From Mobula hypostoma (Eukaryota): DNA of 64,000 nucleotides. A program made the translations under genes and the position numbers. The DNA is taken from the NCBI RefSeq assembly GCF_963921235.1, contig NC_086097.1, forward strand, positions 199,208,001 to 199,272,000, read 5' to 3'. Positions 12,379 through 23,537 of the stretch are shown here, piece by piece. The stretch's first letter is position 1. Every line of letters starts with the position of its first letter. Under the pieces are notes generated by a model. It did no database searches and was not told the origin of the DNA. It was given only the letters and a program-made list of their open reading frames with translations.

Positions 12379-14459
12379 GTTTCATGTATCACCTTCCAGC
12401 TAGCCTCTTTCCGCGCCCCCCCCCGCCTTTTTATTCTGATGTCTGCTCCTTTCCTTTCCAGTCCTGAAGAAAGGTCTTGGCATGAAATGTCGACTGTTAG
12501 TTCATTTTAATAGATGCTGCCTGAGCTGCTGAGTTCCTCCAGCATTTTGTGTGTTTTGCTTTGGATTTCCATCATCTGCAGTCTTTCTTGTGTTCAGCAT
12601 TACATTATGTGTTTTACTATTTATACATGATTACACACTAGAACATAAGAAACCAGAGCAAACAATCTAGCCTTTTGTGCATGCTCTGTCATTCATCAAT
12701 ATCATTGCTGTTCTTTTACCTTGACTCTTATGAACATTTTCAGGCTGTCAGTCATCTATCCCTGGCCTGGGGAATAGAGACTATCTGTTAAATTCATGGT
12801 TTTTGCTCCAAGGCTGCAATGGAAGATTTGAATCCTGCAATAAAATTGCAAAGATTGTCTATATCTCCAACGTCCAATTAAACTTTCAAAGGAATAATTC
12901 TGATGAGCATAGCTACACTGAGATTGAAAAGATTTGACAGCATGCATTTTAAGGAATCTTGCTAAATTTGACCCGAACTATATATTCACTGCTGTGCATT
13001 CTGATACACTTTGGCATCAGTTTGGATGGCAGAAAATCTCCAAGGCTTCCTCAGCAGCCTCTGTCAGCTAATGGAAAAGTTCAGTAATTGTTCTGCTACT
13101 CTGATTTACAAAATGCCCTCTAAGTTGATCACCATTCTGTCCTGCAAATAAATATCTTTTCCAGTGTCCTCCTTGGATTACATTCCCAGAACAGCTTGCC
13201 TTAATATCATGGGAAATTCCTACAATACCACCATCCGAGTAAGTGACTCATCCCTTTCTTATCAAGAGCTAATTAATGACATTCATTAATATCAAATCTG
13301 CTGACATCAAACATCCCAATGGAAAATAACAATAAAGATCTGAATCCCAATATCAATAGCAAGATATTGTATTTTATCTACCCTGCTGTTAATCCTTAAC
13401 TCACCCGCTTAAGCACTAATGCCAAGATCACCCAAATAAACAAAGTTTAAAGTTTAAAGTAAGTTTATTATCAAAGTACATATATGTCACCATGTAAAGC
13501 CCTGAGATTCGTTTTCTTGCGGGAATACTCAGTAAATCCAAGAACCGTAATAAAATCCATGAAAGACTGCACTCAACAGAGTGGATAAAAACAACGTGCA
13601 AAAGTCATTAAACTGTGCAATTACAAAAGAAAAAAACAATATTAAATAAATGAGCAATAAATATCGAGAACATTAGATGAAGAGTCCTTGAAAATAAGTC
13701 CCTAGGTTGTATGAACAGTTCAATGATTGTGCAAGTGTGGTTGAATAAAGTTATCGCCAGTGGTTCAAAAGCCCAATGGCTGAGGGGTAATAATTGTTCC
13801 TGAACAGTTGTGGTGTTAGTCCTGTGGCTCCTGTACCTTCTTCCTAATGGCAGTAGTGAGAAGGCAGCATGGCCTGGGCGGTGGGGCACTCTGATGATGG
13901 ATGCTGTTTTCCTGCAACGGTGCTCCATGTAGATGTGCTAAAAGGAGTTGGGCGGGGGGGGGCGGGGGTGGTGGTGGCTTTACCCATGATGGACTGGGCC
14001 ATATCCACTACTTGTTTTAGGAATTTCTGTTCAAGGGCATTTGTGTTTCCATACCAAACTGTGATGTAACCAGGCAATATACACTCCTCTACATATCTAT
14101 TTGAAGTTTGCCAAAGTATTAGATGTCATGCCAAATCTTTGCAAACTTCTAAGGAAGTAGGGGTGCTTGTATGCTTTCTTTGTAAGTGCATTTATGTGCT
14201 GAGTCCAGGACAGGTTCTCTGAATTGATAACACTGAGGAATTTAAAGTTACTACCCTCTCCACTTTTGATTCCCTGATGAGGATTGGCTCATGGACTTCT
14301 GGTTTCCACCTCCTGAAGTCAATAATCATCTCCTCGGTCCTGTGTTGATAGAGATTGAAAAGAAGATGTTATTGCAAATCCAAACTGATTGGGCTCTGCA
14401 AGTGAAGAAATCAAGGATCAAATTGTACAAGGAGGTACTGAGCCAAGGTCTTGAATCTT

Positions 14460-17428
14460 CGTGGTCGTGGCTATCCCTCAAGGTCGAGGATGATGGTCTT
14501 CATTCTGTTGATCTACTTATGGGCTCTCAAGTGGCTTATGAGTCCAATCTTGACTTTAAAAGTTCTTCGGCATTCAGGACAGGTAGTTCCAGATGGCAGA
14601 TTGGGCTTTGGTTGTTGCTGCCTCTCTTTCCATTTTCTTCTCTTTTCTTCTAATTCTGCACATCTGTTGGCTTTGAAAGTTGCTGTTCCTTCTCGGATGA
14701 TGACTTACCAGAGTTTCCTGTCCTTGGCATTGGTTTCCCAATTGTTGATGTCAATGTTACATTTCTTCATATTGGCTTTTAAGATGTCTTTGAATCTCTT
14801 CTGTTGTCCACCTCTTTTATGTTTGCCTTCTTTAAGCTGGGAGTAGAAGATTTGTTTTGGCAGACGTTCGTCTTTCATCCAAACAACATGACCGCTCCAT
14901 CTTAGTTGGTTCTTGATGATGTAGGCTTCAATGCTTGTTGTTTTTGCTTCATTGAGCACACTGACGTTGGTTCTTCTATCTTCCCAGCTGATATTTAAGA
15001 TGTTTCGAAGACAACGTTGATGGAACTTTTCAAGTGCCTTCAGATATGTAAAAAGGAAAAGACTGGTAAAGACAAATGTAGGTCCCCTACAGACAGAAAC
15101 AGGCAAATTGATTATGGGGAGCAAGGACATGGCAGACCAATTGAATAATTACTTTGGTTCTGTCTTCACTAAGGAGGACATAAATAATCTTACAGAAATA
15201 GGGGACAGAGGGTCCAGTGAGATGGAGGAACTGAGCGAAATACATGTTAGTAGGGAACTGGTGTTAGGTAAATTGAAGGGATTAAAGGCAGATAAATCCC
15301 CAGGGCCAGATGGTCTGCATCCCAGAGTGCTTAAGGAAGTAGCCCAAGAAATAGTGGATGCATTAGTGATAATTTTTCGAAACTCGTTAGATTCTGGATT
15401 AGTTCCTGAGGATTGGAGGATGGCTAATGTAACCCCACTTTTTAAAAAAGGAGGGAGAGAGAAACCAGGGAATTATAGACTGGTTAGCCTAACGTCGGTG
15501 GTGGGGAAACTGCTGGAGTCAGTTATCAAAGATGTAATAACAGCACATTTGGAAAGCGGTGAAATCATCGGACAAAGTCAGCATGGATTTGTGAAAGGGA
15601 AATCATGTCTGACGAATCTCATAGAATTTTTTGAGGATGTAACTAGTAGAGTGGATAGGGGAGAACCAGTGGATGTGGTATATTTGGATTTTCAAAAGGC
15701 TTTTGACAAGGTCCCACACAGGAGATTAGTGTGCAAACTTAAAGCACACGGTATTGGGGGTAAGGTATTGATGTGGATCGAGAATTGGTTAGCAGACAGG
15801 AAGCAAAGAGTGGGAATAAACGGAACCTTTTCAGAATGGCAGTCAGAGACTAGTGGGGTACCGCAAGGCTCAGTGCTGGGACCCCAGTTGTTTACAATAT
15901 ATATTAATGACTTGGATGAGGGAATTAAATGCAGCATCTCCAAGTTTGCGGATGACACGAAGCTGGGCGGCAGTGTTAGCAGTGAGGAGGATGCTAAGAG
16001 GATGCAGGGTGACTTGGATAGGTTGGGTGAGTGGGCAAACTCATGGCAGATGCAATTTAAAGTGGATAAATGTGAAGTTATCCACTTTGGTGGCAAAAAT
16101 AGGAAAACAGATTATTATCTGAATGGTGGCCGATTAGGAAAAGGGGAGGTGCAACGAGACCTGGGTGTCATTATACACCAGTCATTGAAAGTGGGCATGC
16201 AGGTACAGCAGGCGGTGAAAAAGGCGAATGGTATGCTGGCATTTATAGCAAGAGGATTCGAGTACAGGAGCAGGGAGGTACTACTGCAGTTGTACAAGGC
16301 CTTGGTGAGACCACACCTGGAGTATTGTGTGCAGTTTTGGTCCCCTAATCTGAGGAAAGACATCCTTGCCATAGAGGGAGTACAAAGAAGGTTCACCATA
16401 TTGATTCCTGGGATGGCCGGACTTTCATATGAAGAAAGACTGGATGAACTAGGCTTGTACTCGTTGGAATTTAGAAGATTGAGGGGGGATCTGATTGAAA
16501 CGTATAAAATCCTAAAGGGATTGGACAGGCTAGATGCAGGAAGATTGTTCCCGATGTTGGGGAAGTCCAGAACGAGGGGTCACAGTTTGAGGATAAAGAG
16601 GAAGCCTTTTAGGACTGAGATTAGGAAAAACTACTTCACACAGAGAGTGGTGAATCTGTGGAATTCTCTGCCACAGGAAACAGTTGAGGCCAGTTCATTG
16701 GCTATATTTAAGACGGAGTTAGATATGGCCCTTGTGGCTACAGGGATCATGGGGTATGAAGGGAAGGCTGGTGCAGGGTTCTGAGTTGGATGATCAGCCA
16801 TGATCATAATAAATGGCGGTGCAGGCTCAAAGGGCCGAATGGCCTACTCCTGCACCTATTTTCTATGTTTCTATGTCGTTGGTATGTTGTGCAGGTTTCT
16901 GATGCATACAAGAGCGTTGGGATTACCATTGCTTTGTACACTAACATTTTGGTGTCTGTTCGGATGTCACGATCATGAAAGACTCTTGTTTGGAGACGTC
17001 CAAAAGCTGTTCCAGCACATTTAAGACGATGTTGGATCTCGTCATTAAGGTTGACATTGGAGGAGAGGTGACTTCCAAGATACGAAAAGTGGTCCACGTT
17101 TTCCAGGGTTGTTTCGCCAAGTTGAAATGATGGTTCTATCTGATTTGTCTCAATTAGTGACAGTTGATAGTTGATCTGAGTCTTCTTGGAATTGATGGTA
17201 AGTACAAGTTTCGTGTATGCACGGTTGAAGGCAGTCAGAATCTGCTGTAGGTGGTTTTCTGAAAGAGCAGCAACACTGTTGTCATCTGCATATTGGAACT
17301 CGATGAAGGAACTCGTGGATGTCTTCGTTTTGGATTTGAGACGGGCAAGATCGAAAAGTCTGCCATCTGTTCTGTAGACAATTTCGATTCCTGGGGGTAG
17401 GTCATCCTTGATAATGTGGATGATTTGT
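14460..17428 (-). mobile_element. RTE-clade LINE, 5'-truncated, interrupted by CR1
   Basis: EFQYADD, YLGS, PTLLYASE and QLRWSGHVV..KDERLPKQIFYSQL motifs. 11-bp TSD TCTTGAATCTT at 14449-14459 and 17429-17439. Confidence 0.9.
15041..16876 (+). mobile_element. Young CR1 LINE with an uninterrupted 558-aa RT ORF (15108-16784), 5'-truncated (no endonuclease)
   Basis: Complete CR1 RT motif set and (TTTCTATG)n tail. It splits the RTE reading frame (TTYQRH|LKALEKF), with CTTCAGAT microhomology at the 5' junction. Confidence 0.95.
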
Positions 17429-17475
17429 TCTTGAATCTTATTGATTAGTTTTGAGGGGATGATAGCATTGAGTAC

Positions 17476-18278
17476 TGTGACGGGGTCCTGAATTAGCCCT
17501 ATGAACTGTGCTTTTGAAGAGAGAGAGAGAGATGTGCCCAACACAAACACCTTGTTAAAAAGAGAGAGAAAGAAAGAGAGAGAGAGGCGAAGACTGCTCA
17601 CAGCATGTTTATACTTTCTACAAGGACACTGCCTGCTTGGAAATTCTTACAGAGAGGGAAGAGAGAAGCTGCTTGAGAGACAGTTGGTATTCCGCACAGG
17701 GAGATACATAGAAGATCAGATGATAGACCTGGAGACACATGGTTTTGGACACTGAATGAGCTTTGTTGTGCCCACAGAAAAAGTGTGTTTTGAGGATCGA
17801 TCAGGCGGATTGATCAGTGGCTCTCACAGTGTGGAGAAGGGAGTGACCAGTGGGGAGTAATTTGTGTCCAACCCTCGCCTGGGTTGATAATTCCACCACA
17901 GAAGAACGGTCCCTTTTGTTGTGGTCACAGTCGGTGACTTCTAAATGATTTCGGAGGACAACGGGAAGATCGACGGCGTCAGCTCTCCTGAGACTCAAAT
18001 CTCTCCCTCTCCCTCTCTCCATCACTACTCAACTCAATACCACGAACTGAACTGAACTTTACTCATCATCGTAAAACTATCTATTTACCCCAGTTTTGAA
18101 GAAGTTTGATTTTCATATATTTATATTGCTATATTCATTGCTAACCTGTTTGATTTATCTGCATTTATATTACGGTATTGTGTAGTTATTAATAAATTCT
18201 ATTAATTAATAGCAATACTGGACTCCAAGGTGTTTTCCATTTCTGCTGGTTCTTTAATCTGTCACGAGGTACGTGACA
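17476..18278 (+). mobile_element. Solo LTR (803 bp)
   Basis: TG…CA termini (TGTGAC…GTGACA), 4-bp TSD GTAC (17472-17475, 18279-18282), AATAAA at 18191, and no coding region. Confidence 0.85.
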
Positions 18279-20571
18279 GTACTGAGCTGCAGTCAACAAA
18301 GAGCATCCTGATGTATAGTATGCATCTTTGCTGTCCAGATATTCCAGGGTTGAATGAAAAGTCAGTGAAATGGCATCTGCTGTGGACCTGTTGTGCTGGT
18401 AGGCAAACTGAAGTGGAGCCAAGTTGCTCCTCAGGCAGGAGTTGATGTGTTTCATCAACAGCCTTGCCAAAACAAATAGCAGTGTTTCGCAGCAGTTTTT
18501 GGAGTTTGAACTGTAGCCGATCAGTGAACTGGAGCATGAGAAGAAGAGACGGCTTCATACAGTTCTGCGATTGAAAATTTGTAAAATCAGTGCTTCACGG
18601 CAACTTTAGGAGTTTGAACTGCAGCCAGTCAGTGAATGGGATTCATTTGCAAGGGGGAATAAAAATAAGGCAGGATCAAGCGGAGCAGCCATTGTGAGAG
18701 TGGGCCAGTGGGAGAGAGAGGAGGCTTTAGCTCAATAAGCTCAACAGGGAAATATCTAGTAAGTATTTTCTTCTTCTTCTTTATTCTTCATTCCTCATCT
18801 GTTAGAACACAATTATAGCAGTGAGGATGACTCCAGGGGAGTGTTATGTTCTTTGTGTAAGATATAGGAATTCTGAGAGAGCTCCAGTCTCCTGGATAAA
18901 CACATCTGCACCAGATGAACTGAGCAGCAGCTCCTCAGAGAATGTGTTAAGGGACTGGAGCTGTATATGACATTTGGCTCAAACAGGAGAATGAGGAAAA
19001 GATAGATAAGAGCTACAGGGAGGTAGTCACCTCCAGGCTGGAGGCAGGAAAATGGGTGACTATCAGGAGAAGGAAGCCAAGTGGGCAGCCAGTATAGAAT
19101 AACCCTATAGTTGTTCCCCTTAATAACAAGTATACTATTTTGGATACTGTTGAGGTGGATGGCCTACTAGGAGGATCTATAGAGACGAGATTTCTGGCAC
19201 TGTGGCTCAGAAGAGAAGAGAGGTGAAAAGGACTGAAATATTGGTAGGAGATTCCGTAGTTAGAGGAATAGAAATGAGATTCTGTGGGGACTGTAGAGGC
19301 ACCTGGATGGTATGTTCCCTCCTAGATGCCAGGGTCAGGAAGGTCTCGGATCGGGTCCCTGGCATTCTAAAAGGGGAGGTTGAGCATCCAGAAAGCTTGG
19401 TATGTATTGGCACCATTGTCATTGGTAGAAAAGGTGAGGAGGTCCTGAAGAGAGTTTTTAGGGAGCTAGGTAGAAAGCTGAAAAGCAGGACCTCCAGGGT
19501 AGTCATTCTTGAATTGTTACCTGTGCCACGTGCCAGTCAGAGTAAAAATAGGAGGATTTGGCAAATAAATGTGCAGCTGACAAAATGGTGCAGGGGGCAG
19601 GGGTTCATATTTCTGAATCGTTGGGATATCTTTTGGAGAGGGAACGACCTATACCTGAGCCAGAAGAGCATCAATCTTCTTGCAGGTAGGTTTTCTAGAG
19701 CTGTTGGAGGGGGTTTAATCTAATTTAGCAGGGAGGCGGGAAGCGATGTGATAGGGCTAAAGAAGGACAGTGGTTTACAAACAGAGGCAGTGTGTAGTGA
19801 AACTACTAGTAAGGATAGGCTGATGATAGGGGAAAGTTGCAGTCAATGAAATGAGGTCCAAAGTAAGAAGGGGACAAAATCAAAAAGGATGATGAATACG
19901 AGACTGAAGGTGTTATATTTGACAGCACGCAGCAAATAGAATAAGGTAGATGAACTTGTAGCGCAGTTAGAGACTGGCAGGCATGATGTTGTGGGCATCA
20001 CTGAGATGTGGCAGAAAGGAAATTATAGCTGGAAGTTTAACATCCAAGGATACACATTGCATCAAAAGGACAGACAGGTTAGGAAAGAATATGAGGTGGC
20101 TCTTTTGGTAAAAAGTGAAATTAAATCCTTAGAAACGGGTGACGTATGATTGGAAGGTGTTGAAACCTTGCAGATATTTGAATGCATGCAGCATAAGAAA
20201 TTAAATAGATGATCTTGAAATTCAGCTACAGATTGGCAAGTATGATGTTGTGGCCAGCTCTGAAACTTGGCTAAAGGATGGCTGCCATTGGGAGCTGAAT
20301 GTCCAAATGTCAGTAGTGCAGGTACGGGTGGGCCAAATTCAAGACACAAGCACATTTTGTAGCATTAACAAGAATAGGGTTTATTAATCATTACTAGGAA
20401 AGCAAGGAAGCAAGGATCGTTCAGAGGGAGATCAAGGAGTGAGCAAAGCAAAAGCAGGAATAATCTTGGCTAGTCTCTGACTTGGACTTGGAAGTTGGGA
20501 CCCGGACTTGGAATTCGGAACACCAGAGCCTGGACCTGGAACTCAGAACATCGAAGCCTGGACCTTTCTCA

Positions 20572-21308
20572 GACACAAGACGCAGAACACTGAGCTGGGG
20601 CTCCTCCTTGGATACAGGACATAGAGCCGGGTTCTTCTCTTAGACACAAGACACGGAACACTGAGCTGTGACTCCTCTTTGGACACAAGACATAGAGTCG
20701 AGACTCTTCTCTTAGACACAGGACACGGAACACTGAGCTGGGACTCCTCCTTGGACACAGGACATAGAGCTGGAAATCTTTTAGACACAAGACACGGTAC
20801 ACTGAGCTGGGGCTCCTCCTTGGATACAGGACATAGAGCCGGGATTCTTCTCTTAGACACAGGACACGGAACACTGAGCTGGGACTCCTCTTTGGACACA
20901 GGACATAGAGCTGGAAATCTCTTAGACACAAGACATGGAACACTGAGCTGGGGCTCCTCCTTGGACACAGGACATAGAGTCGAGACTCTTCTCTTAGACA
21001 CAGGACACGGAACACTGAGCTGGAACTCCTCCTTGGACACAGGACATAGAGCCGGGATTCTTCTCTTAGACACAAGACACGGAACACTGAGCTGGGGCTC
21101 CTCCTTGGACACAGGACATAGAGCTGGGATTCTTCTCTTAGACACAGAACACGGAACACTGAGCTAGGACTCCTCCTTGGACACAGGACACAGAGCCGGA
21201 AATCTTCTTTTAGACACAAGACATGGTACACCGAGCTGGGACTCCTCTTTGGACACAGGACATAGAGTCGGAACTCTTGTTTTAGACACAGGATGCAGAA
21301 CACTGAGA
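20572..21308. repeat. Minisatellite, 10 full units of 69-72 bp plus a partial unit
   Basis: Units start at 20572, 20643, 20715, 20784, 20856, 20925, 20997, 21069, 21141, 21213 and 21285, each made of two GACACA(A/G)GAC half-units. Confidence 0.95.
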
Positions 21309-21309
21309 G

Positions 21310-21520
21310 ATAGGATTCCCCAACTCAGAGTAACGGCAAACTGCCAGACCTACTCACTGGAAATGAGAACACGAAGAGATAGTTCTCCACTCAGGGTAGC
21401 GGCAAACGGCCAGACCTACCCAGCGGAGATGAAGACACGAGGAGACAGTTGCTAACTCAGAGTAGAGGCAAAATGGCCGGACCCACTCAGCGGAGATGAG
21501 GACATGGGGAGACGGTACCA
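21310..21520. repeat. Second tandem array, about 3 units of ~67 bp
   Basis: Recurring actcag(a/g)gta..ggcaaa..g.c..gacc.ac.ca..gga.atga. Confidence 0.8.
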
Positions 21521-22889
21521 CACAACGATAGACATTTCATGTCTTGACATGAAATGGTTCCAAGTAGTGGCAAGCCCTTGATACAGCCCAGGAACTACAG
21601 ACAACAGCTCTAGTCTCACTCCAGCTGGTTAACTTGACAGACCCGCTCCGGCGGGGTAGCTTAACGGCTCGATCAGGCAAGGTAACTTCACAGGCTGGTC
21701 CGGCGAGGGGAGGTGACTTACTGGCACTCACTTCGGGGAGTAGACTTGAGTAGCTCCCGCAACGTAACTTGGCTCATTCCAGCAGGGTGACCTGCTCGCA
21801 CTTGCTTCAGTGACATCCAATGGCGATCTAGCACCGAGTAGCTGTAAACCCCACACTAAATACTGCTTGTTCAGCTGAGACTCAAGTGCCTTTAATTACA
21901 GAGCCCAAGAAACACGGGGAAACAATGAATTAAGGAAAACAAGGAGTCAATGGTCCTGATCGTGACACAAAGTAAATTTAAAGGGACGCAGTGAATAACT
22001 GATCAGGACTGTGACACCAAGGATATATGGTATATCGGAAAGATAGGTTAGTAGGCAGAGGGTAGGTGTAGTACTGTGTATAAGAAATAATATTAAATCA
22101 TTAGAAGGGGATGACATAGGATCAGAAGGTGTAGAGTCTCTATGGGTTGATTTGAGAAATAGCAAGGGTAAAAGGACACTGATGGCAGTTGTATACGGGC
22201 CTCCAAATAGCAGCCTGAATGTGGATTACAAATTACAGCAGGAGATAGAAAAGTTTTGTCAGAAGGGCAATATCATGATAGCATTGAGGATTTTAACATG
22301 AAAGTGGATTGGGAAAACTAAGCCAGTACTGGACCTCAAAAGAGAGGATTTGTAGAATATCTAAGGGTTGACTTTTTAGAACAGCTTGAGCCCAGGAGGG
22401 GATCGGCTGTGCTGGAGTGGGTGTTGTGCAGTCATCCAGAGGTGATAAGAGAGCTTAAGGTTAAGAAACCCTTAGGGAAGAGTGATCACAATATGATCGA
22501 GTTCACTTTGAAATTTGAGAAGGCGAAACTAAATTCCAATGTGTCGGTATTTCGGTGGAATAAAGGAAATTACAATGGCATGAGAGGGGAACTGGCCAAG
22601 GTTGACTGGAAAGGGACATTAGCAAGAAGGACAGCAGAGCAGCAATGGCTGGAGTTTCTGTGAAAAATGAGGGAAGTGCAAGACAGATATATTCCAAATA
22701 AGAAGTTTTCGAATGGAAGAAGAACACTACTGTGGCTGACAAGTGAAGTCAGAGCCAAAGTAACAGCAAAAGAGAGGGCATACAAGGAAGCCAAAGCTAG
22801 TGGGAAGATAGAGAATTGGAAAGCTTTTAAAAACTTGCAGAACGAAACTAAGAAGGTCATTAGGAAGGAAAAGATGAATTATGAAAAGA

Positions 22890-23537
22890 TGAGGAGAAGA
22901 TGGTGGCGCAATGCAGCGTGCGTGGCCTCTGCGGTGAATGATATTTGTTATCTGTCAAGTAGGGGACCATGCACAGTCCTGATTTGATGGAGAAAGACAG
23001 AGTACGGAGGAACATCTGGAGAAACTTCTGAAATGCCCGCTTCGCTGCCGTTGCTACTATGTGGTAACCGGAAGCTCCGGAGCAGAAGATCCCGAATCCT
23101 CGGCTTTGCTTGTTTCGGAGGCTGGGGATAGGTCGAAGGCGCTCGGGACGCTGTATCGGAGGGGCTGGTTGGAGGCTCAAAGTTTTCGGATGGACGGACT
23201 CGGTGTCGGCTGTGGTCGGCTGCTTCCCAGGCATCGGCAAGTTGTCGGTGCCTTGGAGGTTTATGGCAGGGAGTTTCTCCCTTTTGCCGCCTGCTATCGG
23301 GGACTCGGGAGTCGATCGGGACTTGAGACTTTTTTTTACCGTGCCCATGGTCTGTTATTATCAAATTATGGTATTGTTTTGCACTGCTGTAACTATATGT
23401 TATAATTATGTGGTTCTGTCAGTCTTTGGTTTGTCCTGTTTTCTGTGATATCACTCCGGACGAACATGGTATCATTTCTTAATGTATGTATGCATTTCTA
23501 AATTACAATAAAAGAGGACTGAGTGTTCTCATAATCT
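22890..23537 (+). mobile_element. Non-autonomous non-LTR retroelement (648 bp, no convincing ORF)
   Basis: 13-bp TSD AATTATGAAAAGA (22877-22889, 23538-23550). Starts GAAGATGGTGGCG, has a CpG-rich body and an AT-rich 3' part with AATAAA. Confidence 0.8.

Larger units (their letters stand above)
10305..12595. mobile_element. Older Penelope remnant hosting a younger PLE insertion
   Basis: Inverted GIY-YIG C-terminal piece (LGSLQPD-like) at about 10360-10415. The pLTR body at 10480-10632 resumes at 12395-12595 with a decayed hammerhead at 12459-12496. Confidence 0.7.
13442..18480 (-). mobile_element. Rex1/Babar-like LINE (decayed), host of RTE, CR1 and solo-LTR insertions
   Basis: Motifs QFAYQHNRSTADAISL, ITVWYGN and KTASIIR, with a (TTTAAAC)-like tail near 13442-13470. 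Sequence is continuous across the insertions once TSDs are removed. Confidence 0.8.
20308..22016 (-). mobile_element. Solo LTR (1709 bp) containing minisatellite arrays
   Basis: TGTCA…TGACA termini, TSD CCAAA/CCAAG (20303-20307, 22017-22021), and AATAAA on the minus strand at 20380-20385. The host CR1 rejoins as gtccaaggatata. Confidence 0.8.

Noticed and set aside
12720..13070. Possible missing minus-strand exon
   Set aside because: The candidates had stop codons or incompatible phase, and one donor lies in a CR1 tail relic.
16804..17601. 265-aa ORF as a novel fusion gene
   Set aside because: It is chance read-through across LTR, Rex1, RTE and CR1 junctions.
20572..21308. CRISPR-like array
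   Set aside because: There are no unique spacers and whole units repeat. The context is a eukaryotic LTR with no cas genes.
22860..23448. Overlapping 110-160 aa ORFs
   Set aside because: This is GC-rich non-coding element sequence with no recognisable motifs.
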